A DNA stretch of 64,000 nt from Nitrosopumilus sp. Its GTDB lineage: Archaea > Thermoproteota > Nitrososphaeria > Nitrososphaerales > Nitrosopumilaceae. The stretch is taken from the NCBI GenBank assembly GCA_965207075.1, contig CBDBLO010000002.1:2112001-2176000 (forward strand), read 5' to 3'. Every line of letters begins with the position of its first letter. Positions within the stretch are counted from its first letter, which is position 1. Position numbers and translations under genes: made by a program. The notes beneath the pieces were generated by a model. That model had not been told where the DNA came from, ran no database searches, and saw only the letters and a list, made by a program, of their open reading frames with translations. Shown in pieces: positions 21,095-31,201 of this stretch.

Positions 21095-22046
21095 GTTACC
21101 CGCAAACTTTCATAGAACTCTATGAAAGTTTGCGGGTAACCTCCGCGGCACCACATGCACATGGGCAGGAAGTCAGGCAGTGGGCGCCAAGTGCCTCGGG
21201 CTTGGCTGGCGCACGGATGGCGGGCCTGCCGCATGCCCGCCGTAGGCGGGACGGGCTGGCGGGATCCGGGGCGCAGCGCGTGTCAGGAGGCGGCTGCCGC
21301 CGCCGACGATGATCAAGCAGGAAGCGAGCGTTGCGATGCAGGTACGCCCCGTCGCCACCGCCATACCCGCAAACAATCATAGAGCTCTATGACAGTTTGC
21401 GGGTATCTGCCGCATGCCCGCGGGCGCCCGTGCAGGCCGCCGCAGGTGCGGAACCAGCCTCTCCCGTGACGGGCGTATCTGCTAGAAGGTGACAAAGAAA
21501 TCTGACATTCTGCACGTTTGCCACCGTCCGCCCCGGCCTGCCCGCAACCTGCCCCGTATGCTTGCGGCATCAGACGCTAGGTTCACTGTGGTACACTTTA
21601 ACAGCGGGAGGCAGGGCGAGCCAGCGGGACCCGGGGCGCAGCATGTGCTCGGAGGTGGCTGCTGCTGCTGCCGGCTATGGTCAAGTCGGAAACGGTGTTC
21701 CGACGCAGGTACGCTCTCCTCCCCTCCCTCCCTCCCTCCCTCCCCCCCCCCCCGACGCCGCCGACTGTTACCCGCAAACCGTCATAGAATTCTATGACAC
21801 TTTGCGGGTAACTGCCGCATGCCCGTAGCACCGCACGCACACGAGCAGGAAGTCAGGCAGTGGGCGCCAAGTGCTTCCGGCCCTGGCCGGCGTACGGACG
21901 GCGGGCCTGCCGCATGCCCGCGGGCGCCCATGCAGGCCGCCGCAGGTGCGGAACCAGCCTCTCCCGTGACGGGCGTATCTGCTAGAAGGTGACAAAGAAA
22001 TCTGACATTCTGCACGTTTGCCACCGTCCGCCCCGGCCTGCCCGCA
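21095..22046. repeat. Three 44-46 bp palindromes interleaved with duplicated 75-140 bp modules
   Basis: TACCCGCAAA-N3-4-TCATAGA-N2-TCTATGA-N3-4-TTTGCGGGTA at 21095-21140, 21363-21406 and 21767-21812; module 21407-21546 repeated at 21907-22046; module ~21165-21240 repeated at ~21845-21920. Confidence 0.92.
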
Positions 22047-22205
22047 TTCCCGCTACCGGGGCTCCATGCGGCAACCGGAAGGCGAAGCCCCACCCCTCCC
22101 ACGTCAGGGCAGTGTCACATGCGGCTCTCGGGCTCAAGGGTGTAGCAGATCTACGACCAGCTTTCAGGCGAGGAAAAGCGCGGGGTTCAGCTCACCGGGT
22201 TGCGG

Positions 22206-22511
22206 TCATTTGAGCCGGAGGCGCTCCAGCTTGCTCTTACCGGCAGCCGTACCCCGGCCGCCGGGCTTTTTGGACCTGTCCTTGGCCATCATCTCCGCTA
22301 CGGCCCTCGCGTACTTGTCGGGGCCTGCAGAGTCGGGCGTACTGTCACCCAAGACGCTCAGGGGGCTTATCACAATCTCCCCGTCCCTGACCCGGAACCT
22401 GACGCTCTGTCCTTTGTTGATCCCTGCCCTTTCTGCTATGATCCGTGGTATTGTCAGTATGAATGATCCCCGGTTTAGCTGCATTCTGCGCTCGATTATT
22501 TTCTCTTCCAT
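22206..22511 (-). CDS. AbrB/MazE/SpoVT-family DNA-binding protein
   Basis: GSFILTIPRIIAERAGINKGQSVRF swapped-hairpin signature. Confidence 0.8.
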   Translation of the reverse strand: MEEKIIERRMQLNRGSFILTIPRIIAERAGINKGQSVRFRVRDGEIVISPLSVLGDSTPDSAGPDKYARAVAEMMAKDRSKKPGGRGTAAGKSKLERLRLK

Positions 22512-22823
22512 GACCATTGATGCGCAATTCTGTTTCCTAATTCCGCCGTGGGCATCCGCCCCTGCGGCTTTGAGGCAGGCATGCGTTAATTTGTTCAATA
22601 AAATTTGACAAAACGGCCAAAGGGCGCTCATGCAGGCGTTGAAATGCTTATGGCGAAAGTCAGACACGATGTATCCCACATCTGCGTGCCCAGACAGACG
22701 CCAACGCCTGTTCGCGGCGTCGGCATTTAACCATGACTCGATCCCCCCTCCGGGCGCCTGCCGGGGCGGCGCGGCGCGGCCAGCCCGGGGGAATTCGGCG
22801 TACTGGAGGGGGCGGAGCCGCCC

Positions 22824-23939
22824 ATGAGCCGGACGCGGGGCGCCGCAGCGGCGGGAACGGACAACGAAAAGTACGTCAGGCGCGGCGCGGACCTGTTCAT
22901 AGAGTATGATCCAGGGTGGGAGGATGACGTGGGGCGCGCAAACGAGGGCAAGGTCGGCGCCCCGTACCGGTACGCGGAGACGCTCATCATGCTGGCCGCC
23001 GCCTTCAGGGGCGCGCTGGGGATCCGGTACAGACAGCTCGAGGGGATGGTCGGGAAGATGGTAGGCGGATCCAACACGCCCGCATACAGCCAGCTGTACA
23101 AGCGGATCAACAGGCTTGACGCGGACATCCGCCGGAACCCGGACGGGATGGTGACGGTGTCGGACAGGAAGGGGTCGCGGATGCTGGCGCTCGACGCAAG
23201 CGGGCTCAAGCAGCACAACAGGGGCGAGTGGATGAGGGCCAAGTGGAGGGTTAGGCGGGGCTTTGTAAAGATGCACGTGCTGGTCGACACGGAGACCATG
23301 AAGATACTCGCGCTGGAGGTCACGGACGATGCCGTGGGGGACTCGACCATGTTCGAGTCGCTGCTCGGACAGGTAGTGGACGCGGGCGGCGCGCGGCACA
23401 CGGAGCCGCCCGCCGCGCCACGTTCCGGCGGCGGCCCGAGATACGAAAACCTTCTCGCGTCCGGCATCCCCCCGCTCGCGTCATTCTTCCCGGGCGCCCC
23501 CCGGAACCGGGCCGCGCCCGACCTCCTGCTTGGCGACGCCGCGTACGGATCAAGGAAGAACGTGGCCGCGTGCGCGCGGGCAGGGGTGACCCCTGGCATT
23601 GCACACACCATCAACGTGACGGCGCGTGGCAGGGGATCCGGCGACGCGTGGGGCATATCCGTAAGGGACCAGATGGGCGGAAGCCCCGACGCGACGCGCC
23701 TGGACCTGATGGGCAGGGAGGAGAAGAGGGAGAACCAGGCGTACTGGAAGGCCCGCATAGGCTACGGCCACCGCTGGATCGCGGAGGCCGTGTTTTCGGT
23801 ATTCAAGCGCCTGTTCGGCGAGCACCTGATGGCCCTCAAGTGGGAGAACATCGTGCAGGAGATAAGGCTCAAGGTGATCCAGTACAACAAGTGGAGGGAT
23901 GAGTCGATAGCGCGCGAGGCGGGAGGCGGGACTTTCTGA
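22824..23939 (+). mobile_element. IS5-family DDE transposase
   Basis: NEKYVRRG, P.YSQLYKR, LALDASG, GEW, KMHVLVD, GDAAY, YGHRWIAEAVFS. Confidence 0.88.
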
Positions 23940-24042
23940 TGGTGTGACGACCATGTCGTCGTCCGATAGGAATCCAACAGGCACCCAGACGGCGAATTAG
24001 GAAACAGAATTTGATGCGCCATATCTACTTAAGGGACAAAAA

Positions 24043-24190
24043 CCGGTAAAGCGTGTAAAGCGTGTAAAGCGCGCGTCCGGCCCACCGGTAAAGCGTGTAA
24101 AGCGCGCGTCCGGCCCACCGGTAAAGCGTGTAAAGCGCGCGTCCGGCCCACCGGTAAAGCGTGTAAAGCGCGCGTCCGGCCCACCGGTAA
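24043..24190. repeat. 33-bp tandem repeat, ~4 copies
   Basis: Unit CCGGTAAAGCGTGTAAAGCGCGCGTCCGGCCCA with no spacers; the first unit has an extra GTAAAGCGT. Confidence 0.93.
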
Positions 24191-24761
24191 AACACGGAAA
24201 GCGCGCGTACGATTTGGTGACACGCATGGAACGCCCCCTTTCGCATTAGTACTACACCTCAACGACAACCTGCGCTCTCCCACGCATGTCACACCCGAAG
24301 GGTGTCAAGCCGGCGCCCCTCCCCGCGGAGGTTGGAGTCTCACCAAACAAGCGCGCGTCTCTGCCCCCACTGGCGTCTCCAGACACCAAACCCATTGGGC
24401 GCGCGGTCTCTTACCAGCTCAATTGGCGCGATGGCTCCCTTCCGACTGTCGGCTCCTGAACGTCTCGGTGTCCGTCGCGCTCTAGGACGGCCGGGGAGTT
24501 CATTTCCTGTTTGGCCTCTCGTTCTCTCCATCCCTTAACCAATCACGGGCACAACAAAGCTTCAGAGATATAGTCCGGTCTGGCGTGTCCGATTCGATGG
24601 CCACTCTCAAGATCTCATCCGGGGCCAGCCCGCGCACTCCAGAGGTCCAAACCGTACGGTTCGCCGAGTCATGATGGAATCACAAGACGTTGGTTTGGTT
24701 GTTATGTACCTAGAGTAACGACAACTCTAATTCGGAAAACATCAGAGCCTATGGTGGAACG

Positions 24762-24843
24762 TGGCGCTGAGTGGGGGGTTTGAACCACGAGTACGCGAAT
24801 ACGTCCTCCACAGGAGAGTGTCCCAGCCAAGCGAGATCCCAGC
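24762..24843 (-). pseudogene. Degenerate tRNA-like sequence
   Basis: Reverse complement: GCTGGG...CTCAGC acceptor plus GCCA end, GGTTCAAACC T-loop, CTGTGGA loop, GTAT-TCGC-GTAC extra arm; several stems are mismatched. Confidence 0.5.
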
Positions 24844-25388
24844 AGTGTTTTAACAGGATAGCTTCCCATAGTGGCGGTCACCCCTTAAAATCACCAGCAT
24901 ACTCGGGCATAGCATCCTTCTTCTCCTAGCAACAGCCCACCGCCTTGTGGTTACGCAGGGGCATCCTATATGAAAGACGCGAACACGTCGGTACGTTCCT
25001 CCCAAAGATACCTCTCCAGTGACAGGATGGCAAACAGGCAAGAAGCTTTCCACATACGTCGTCAGACAAACGATCACCGACTTACAGACAGCATCACTAG
25101 TACAGCTAGAAATGAAAACAGAGCCTACTGGCCTAATTTGGCGTCCGTTTTCCCGTGATCTTCAATTCTTTGACTCATTCTCCGGACAGTCCGGATATGA
25201 GCGAGCTGATTCTACAACAGCGTATTCCTGTATCTCGTCAGAGCGCAACAATGTCAATCTCTTAGTCGCTAGGATTGGGGCATCAGTATGATTCCGACAT
25301 CGTCAGCCTTGTGTATACAGTAACGGTCAACTGTTCGTCCTAGAAGCGCACCTTGTCACTCTGGGATGATCGGGGTAATACTGTCATA

Positions 25389-25931
25389 TCATTTTGTTTT
25401 TTCATACACGTCCATGAGCCTTCCTGCGTTCATCAAATAGCTCACGCTATACTTTGAGCAGCACAGCCTCGTTCTCTTAAAGTCTGAGCGCTGGCGTAAT
25501 CCCTCCATGTATTCTGGAGGTATCTTGTATGCGTCGGTGATTATAACGCCACCGATCTTTAGAAACTTGAGCGCATCCAGAAATATCTTCTTCGGGTTAC
25601 GATGAATGTTGTTGATGACATTGACACATATCACTACGTCTGTTTCTTCCACGTGATCGCTGACATCTGAAGCATCCTTGGGTATGAACTCGTCCAGATT
25701 TGACCCTGCTGCCTCGCTCGAATAGGGGTCAATCCCGACCGCATGCACCTCGACACCTTTTGAAGAGAGGCACTCCTTGCACCCTGTGAGGGCCGTTCCG
25801 TCCGAGCATCCGATGTCAACTATGACGAGTCTGTCGTTTGCATGCGCAAAATGTTGGTAGATGTAGTTTGGTATGCCCAGCTCGTCATACCGAGTCCTCC
25901 ATGTTGTCTTGAGTCTGAACAAGTCCATCAA
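25389..25931 (-). CDS. Class I SAM-dependent methyltransferase
   Basis: IVDIGCSDG motif I, GID, DVVIC, LKIGG; overlaps the hsdR stop. Confidence 0.8.
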   Translation of the reverse strand: MMDLFRLKTTWRTRYDELGIPNYIYQHFAHANDRLVIVDIGCSDGTALTGCKECLSSKGVEVHAVGIDPYSSEAAGSNLDEFIPKDASDVSDHVEETDVVICVNVINNIHRNPKKIFLDALKFLKIGGVIITDAYKIPPEYMEGLRQRSDFKRTRLCCSKYSVSYLMNAGRLMDVYEKTK

Positions 25932-28900
25932 CTCCCAGCCCAGTTCTTTGCTATGACTTCTGCTTGGCTCAGAACGGTATCAGTGGCCTTCTTGGCCTTG
26001 TCGGGCGGATATTCGTACCTCTTCAGGATCTTCTTGACTTCCAGTCGGATTGCAGCCTGAACGCTTGCCTTTTGCGTCCAGTCTATTGTGACGTTCCTTC
26101 TTATCATGTCAGTCAGCTCCTTTGCAATCGACGCGAGTACCGCATCTCCCATGATCCTTACCGCGCTGTCACTGACCCCAAGCGCGTCATAAAACGCAAG
26201 CTCGTCCTCATCCAAGTCTAGCGTTCTGCCCCTGCCTCTCTCTTCCCGGATCTGCCTTGCAATCTTGATAAGCTCGTCTATGACCTCGCTTGTGCTGATT
26301 CTCTTGTCATTGTATCTTCTGATGGTATCCTCCAGCAAGTCGCGGAAGGATCTCCCCTTGACTATGTTCCTCTTTGAGTATATCCTAATCTTCTCCTCAA
26401 GTATCCTCCTGAGCGCCTCGCGCGCAAGATTCTTCTCGGGAGATTTCCTGATGTTTGAGAGGAAGACTTCCGACAATATTGACACCTCCGTACCAGGACT
26501 TCCCGCGTTGCCGATTATGTCGATTATCTCATCGGACACGATGGCCTTTGAGATTATCTGCTTTATCCCAACATCAAACCTCTCGCGGTCGGCGCCGCTG
26601 TATCCGGTGGTCTTTGTGACTGCCGCCTTTATGGCCTCGAAGAACCCCATCTCCTCTTTGATTCTCATGGCCTCCTCCCTCGGAAGTGCTATGGAGAACG
26701 CGCCGCGCAACAGGGCAAACTCCTTCTGGAACCTCTCCTTTGTGCCCGGCTCCCTCAGTATGTGATCTACCGCGCGGGACATGAACGGCACTCGCTTTTC
26801 AGGCCTGAGGTTGAAAAATTCCATGTAGTCAAACCCGTGGAACATGCACTTGACGACATCGTATTTTTCAAGCATTGCAGACACTGCGTCATCCTGCACG
26901 TTGGTTTGCTTGCCGCGGCCGCCGCTCCTCGTGTAATTTGACATGGCATTCTTTATCTCCCTGCTCATGTCCATATAATCGACAATCAGGCCCCCCTCCT
27001 TGCCCGGGTATACCCTGTTCACCCTTGCTATTGCCTGCATCAGGGTGTGGCCGTCCATCCATTTGTCCAGATACATAGTGTGGAGCGAGGGGGCGTCAAA
27101 CCCGGTAAGGAACATATCCCGTACTATGATGATCTTGTGCGCGCCCTTGGGATCCTTGAACCTGTCGCCGATGGCCCTCCTTTTTTGTTTGCTTCGTATG
27201 TGCTCCTGCCACGGTTCTGGATCGGACGCAGAGCCGGTAAACACTACCTTGATCAACCCCTTGTCGTCGTCCTTGTGGTACCAGTCGCGGCGCTGCTCGA
27301 CGATCTCGTCGTGCAGCTCAACGCATATCCTTCTAGACATGCAGACAATCATTGCCTTGCCCTCCAAGACGGAGCTCCTCTCTTCGTAGTGTCTTATAAT
27401 GTCGCCGGCGATCTTCTTGATGCGGGCAGGTGCTCCTACCAACTTCTCCATGCGGGACCACTCTTTCATTATTTCCTCCCTTTCGTCAGTCTCGCTTCCT
27501 TCAGTCACCCTTGCAAAGTCTTCATCAATGCGCGGGCGCTCTGTGGATCTTATGTCAACGGGCACAAACTTGTTCTGATAGTAGATTCTGACTGTGGATC
27601 CGTCCTCCACTGCCTGTTGCACATCGTAGATGTCTACATAGTCGCCAAATACGGTGGGAGTGGAACGGTCTTTTTGCTCGATCGGCGTGCCGGTAAACCC
27701 GATGAAGGATGCGTTGGGCAGGGCGTCCCTCAGGTATTTGGCAAGACCGTATGCGACTTGCGGCGCGTCGTTTCTGTTGACTATCTTGGCCGCGAACCCG
27801 TAATGGCTTCGGTGCGCCTCGTCTGCAATAACCACTATGTTGTCTCTTTCTGACACGGCGTGATGCTGGTCGCGGTTCTCCGGTAGAAACTTTTGGATGG
27901 TAGTAAACACGATCCCACCAGATGCGACGCTTAGCAGATCTGATAGATCCCTTCGCGCCTCGGCCTGCACGGGCTTTTGCCGCAGTATGTCTTGGCATCT
28001 GCCGAACGTGCCGAACAGCTGGGCGTCAAGGTCGTTTCTATCTGTGAGCACTACTATGGTGGGGTTGTCCATACCGCGGATCAACTTTCCCGCATAAAAC
28101 ACCATGGTTAGTGACTTTCCGGATCCCTGTGTGTGCCAGACCACGCCTGCCTTTTTCGTGTCGCCCCGCGCACTGATCGTGGACTGCAAAGCTTTGTTGG
28201 CCGCCCAGTACTGGTGGTAGGCTGCCATCTTTTTTGTTGTTTTTTCACCCTTCTCAAACACGATAAAATTCCGTATGATGTCCAAGAGCCTACTCTTCTC
28301 AAACATTCCGCGTAGTAGAACCTCAGTCTGAGAAAGTCCTCCGCCAGGTCTTGCACCGTCAATGGTCTTCCACTCCATGAATCTCTCCATGCCAGATGAC
28401 ATGGTTCCGGCCCTTGCCTGCATGCCATCGCTTATTGTGAGAATCTCGACATACCTGAACAGATCCGGAATTTTTTTCATGTACGTCTGGAGCTGGTTGT
28501 ATGCAGACCAGATGTCCGCCTTTTCATCTGCCAGATTCTTCAGTTCGAAGACTACCAGCGGGATACCGTTTACAAACAGTATAACGTCGGGCCTGCGCTC
28601 GTCATCTCCCTTTATGGTGAACTGGTTGACTGCTAGAAAGTCGTTGCTACGGATTTTGTCGTCGTCAAACTCAAAGAGCCATGTCTTTTCGTACCGCTCA
28701 CCGGATTCCGTCTTGACTGGGACGTCCACCCCGTCAACCAGCATCTTGTGAAATGATTCGTTATCGGTAATCGGGTGCTGGGAAGAGCTCCGCAGTACCT
28801 GCCTTATCGCATCTTCTACTGCAGGCCCGGGAATACCCGGATTAATTCTCTGCAGTGCGCCTCTTAGTCTGTCCACCAGCACCACTGTCTTGTAATCCTC

Positions 28901-29032
28901 GCGCAGCGCGGAATGGCCACCGGGCAGATATTCTTCGTTTTTTCCGCGTATTATTTCATAACCAAGTTCTTGTAAGACAGACAGAACATATTCTTCCACA
29001 TCCGCTTCTGAAATTGGTTTTTTCATTGCCAT
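25928..29032 (-). CDS. hsdR: Type I restriction enzyme R subunit
   Basis: RPDVILFVNGIPLVVFELK, HTQGSGKS, DEAHR, FTGTP, LTGFDAP, QAIARVNR. Confidence 0.96.
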   Translation of the reverse strand: MAMKKPISEADVEEYVLSVLQELGYEIIRGKNEEYLPGGHSALREDYKTVVLVDRLRGALQRINPGIPGPAVEDAIRQVLRSSSQHPITDNESFHKMLVDGVDVPVKTESGERYEKTWLFEFDDDKIRSNDFLAVNQFTIKGDDERRPDVILFVNGIPLVVFELKNLADEKADIWSAYNQLQTYMKKIPDLFRYVEILTISDGMQARAGTMSSGMERFMEWKTIDGARPGGGLSQTEVLLRGMFEKSRLLDIIRNFIVFEKGEKTTKKMAAYHQYWAANKALQSTISARGDTKKAGVVWHTQGSGKSLTMVFYAGKLIRGMDNPTIVVLTDRNDLDAQLFGTFGRCQDILRQKPVQAEARRDLSDLLSVASGGIVFTTIQKFLPENRDQHHAVSERDNIVVIADEAHRSHYGFAAKIVNRNDAPQVAYGLAKYLRDALPNASFIGFTGTPIEQKDRSTPTVFGDYVDIYDVQQAVEDGSTVRIYYQNKFVPVDIRSTERPRIDEDFARVTEGSETDEREEIMKEWSRMEKLVGAPARIKKIAGDIIRHYEERSSVLEGKAMIVCMSRRICVELHDEIVEQRRDWYHKDDDKGLIKVVFTGSASDPEPWQEHIRSKQKRRAIGDRFKDPKGAHKIIIVRDMFLTGFDAPSLHTMYLDKWMDGHTLMQAIARVNRVYPGKEGGLIVDYMDMSREIKNAMSNYTRSGGRGKQTNVQDDAVSAMLEKYDVVKCMFHGFDYMEFFNLRPEKRVPFMSRAVDHILREPGTKERFQKEFALLRGAFSIALPREEAMRIKEEMGFFEAIKAAVTKTTGYSGADRERFDVGIKQIISKAIVSDEIIDIIGNAGSPGTEVSILSEVFLSNIRKSPEKNLAREALRRILEEKIRIYSKRNIVKGRSFRDLLEDTIRRYNDKRISTSEVIDELIKIARQIREERGRGRTLDLDEDELAFYDALGVSDSAVRIMGDAVLASIAKELTDMIRRNVTIDWTQKASVQAAIRLEVKKILKRYEYPPDKAKKATDTVLSQAEVIAKNWAGS

Positions 29033-30606
29033 GCCTCTGGTTGAATTCTAATTTTTCCTGACATCAGTTTCGATAACAAAAAATTTCGTTGTAACGTCAG
29101 CACATGTGACTCAAATGTGTTTCGTCGTATACGTTCGTCCCAAGTAGAGACATACGCTTCAAAGTGATTAACCAAGGTTCGAGGAGGTTCAACCATTGGC
29201 ATCATTTCGAGCTGGTTTTTAGTAATGGCCCCAAACACTGTTCCTATTTGGTCGTATTGTTTGAGATCCTGCTGCAAAGACCATGCCAGATAATAGGTAA
29301 AAGATCGTGAACCCGTTTTATGCCTAAGTGCTGCAACACCTCTGCCTATGCAGCACTTCTCCCAGGCCATGTTTATCGCCCCTACAGGGGCTCTAACGCT
29401 GACTAATGTATCGTCTGCATGAGCAATGCGAGTTGGTGCTGTGCAGTATTTTCTCTTTCTAGGATATCGCAGCCCAAAGTCCGTACTACCCTGAAAAAAT
29501 GGAAGGCCTTTGCATTCATCATTGTAAGTTTTACTTGGAGGCGATTGGCCCATGGTCAGATTGAGGCAATTTTTCACCACGTTTATTGTCCATACCTCAG
29601 GAATGTCACCCAGCTCCGAATCAGTCAATTGATCAGGGAATAAATCATAAAGATGACTAGGAAGGCCGGGCAAAGACTCTCCGGGTTGCCATCTCCCCTC
29701 CATCTTGGCACGGACAGGATCAAAGTCCACAAACCATGACTTGAACAATGCTCGCGCCATCACTTCAAGTGTTTCATTCATCTTGTGATTGAGATCTATT
29801 TTCGCATCTAATGTTCCTAGAATATGTGCAATGATTCGTTGTTTGTCCAAGGTGGGAATTGGCATGAGCCACTCTTTAAAAGATTTTGTTGTAATAGTTT
29901 GGAAGATAGTTCCATAAGTGAGGGATTCCATTTGTGATCGTGTACCTTTGAGCGCGTAGTAAAGATAGTCAGGAACTATACGTTCATTTGGAATAAGAGC
30001 ATAGCAAGTTTGATTGAAAGCCATTTCTTTGCCAAGTTGAGTTAATGCGCCAACAGTTCCACGTGAAGTAATAAGTATTGTATTCTTAGGCATGATCTTA
30101 GTAGAGCTTTTAGATACACCCATCTCAGTAATAGATTCTTGAGATTTGTACAAATACCTCGAGTTATTTTTAGCTATATCTTTTGCAGTTACCCATTGAA
30201 TATTTCCGTGCCAGTAGTCGGGCACACTACGACTTGGTGTGCCACCAATAATTGCGGTAGCGACTTCAGAAACAGGCATTTTGCTCCAATGTGTATTATT
30301 CGTTTCCACAGGAATTTTTTGCGCGTCTATGATTTTTTTAAATTTACTGTTGACAGCTTTAAGATCCACAACATCTACCGTGTAAGGAAGATCCGAATCA
30401 TCAAACTCAATACTTAGGTTTGTCATAGTATCGTGATCAATAGGTTGATCGCCCTCCACGGCAAGATCCAAATCAGAACCATCGTGTGTTGTCCATTTTG
30501 CCCTGCTTCCAAACACCCAAACACGGACATTGGATAGAAGATACTTGCGTAGTATGTTACATACTATCTCCAACTGACTTGGACTAATATCAACTGGACT
30601 AGTCAA
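29023..30606 (-). CDS. hsdS: Type I specificity subunit HsdS with an N-terminal fused minimal nucleotidyltransferase (MNT) domain
   Basis: First ~100 aa: VFGSRAKWTTHDGSDLDLAV...LPYTVDVVD; then TRD1 (GGTPSRS, SRGTVG), conserved spacer LFKSWFVDFDPV, TRD2 (GQSP, VRAPVG). Confidence 0.92.
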   Translation of the reverse strand: MTSPVDISPSQLEIVCNILRKYLLSNVRVWVFGSRAKWTTHDGSDLDLAVEGDQPIDHDTMTNLSIEFDDSDLPYTVDVVDLKAVNSKFKKIIDAQKIPVETNNTHWSKMPVSEVATAIIGGTPSRSVPDYWHGNIQWVTAKDIAKNNSRYLYKSQESITEMGVSKSSTKIMPKNTILITSRGTVGALTQLGKEMAFNQTCYALIPNERIVPDYLYYALKGTRSQMESLTYGTIFQTITTKSFKEWLMPIPTLDKQRIIAHILGTLDAKIDLNHKMNETLEVMARALFKSWFVDFDPVRAKMEGRWQPGESLPGLPSHLYDLFPDQLTDSELGDIPEVWTINVVKNCLNLTMGQSPPSKTYNDECKGLPFFQGSTDFGLRYPRKRKYCTAPTRIAHADDTLVSVRAPVGAINMAWEKCCIGRGVAALRHKTGSRSFTYYLAWSLQQDLKQYDQIGTVFGAITKNQLEMMPMVEPPRTLVNHFEAYVSTWDERIRRNTFESHVLTLQRNFLLSKLMSGKIRIQPEAWQ

Positions 30607-30615
30607 GTGATCTAT

Positions 30616-31197
30616 TCAACTCCTAGAAGTTTTATGCAAGTTTTTTGTAGATATATCAGCTTTGGAGCTTTTAGTTTTTTTAAGCTCAGCATTAAGATCG
30701 CGCAATCTGGATTCCAATTTGGTGATCTCGGATTCAATATCGTTCTTTGTTGGTCTCTTAGATATCGGAGATGGGACAGCGTGGCCATCCTGCAAACTAG
30801 ATAATACGTATTGCGCTTCGTGTAGAAATTCAGATGCAGCTTCAAAAACATATTGTGCTTTTTCTTCATCGTATGTGTGACTAGTAATTCCACGATTTTT
30901 TCGATACTGATCCCAAACAGAAACGTCTGATCGAATAAGATCCTTTTTGTATGCTTCACGAATAATGTCTTTGAAATTCATAGATGCAACTTCTGCAGGG
31001 TTAAACAATGCCATTCCCAAATGTCGCTTGATCATTTTAAGAGTTATTTCATACGTGAATTCAAAGGATTGTATAACGGCACTACGCATGTGTTTTTTGT
31101 GCTTTGGGCTTTTTTGAATTGTTTCATCATAATATGTATCGAGCGCGTCTGCAAGCTGAGCAATCGCTTTTTCCAGTGATGTAAGGTCAAGATTCAT
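30616..31197 (-). CDS. HEPN-domain protein (HI0074/nucleotidyltransferase substrate-binding family) with coiled-coil tail
   Basis: VIQSFEFTYE and RGITSHTYDE (Rx4HxY). Confidence 0.9.
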   Translation of the reverse strand: MNLDLTSLEKAIAQLADALDTYYDETIQKSPKHKKHMRSAVIQSFEFTYEITLKMIKRHLGMALFNPAEVASMNFKDIIREAYKKDLIRSDVSVWDQYRKNRGITSHTYDEEKAQYVFEAASEFLHEAQYVLSSLQDGHAVPSPISKRPTKNDIESEITKLESRLRDLNAELKKTKSSKADISTKNLHKTSRS

Positions 31198-31201
31198 GTA
31201 T

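Noticed and set aside
21095-21812. Palindromes as CRISPR repeats
   Set aside because: The intervening stretches are hundreds of bp long and themselves repetitive
22700-23985. Terminal inverted repeats for the IS5 element
   Set aside because: Only a 7-bp GCCTGTT/AACAGGC match was found, too short to define the ends
24043-24190. CRISPR array
   Set aside because: Units are contiguous and identical with no unique spacers; no cas genes in the window
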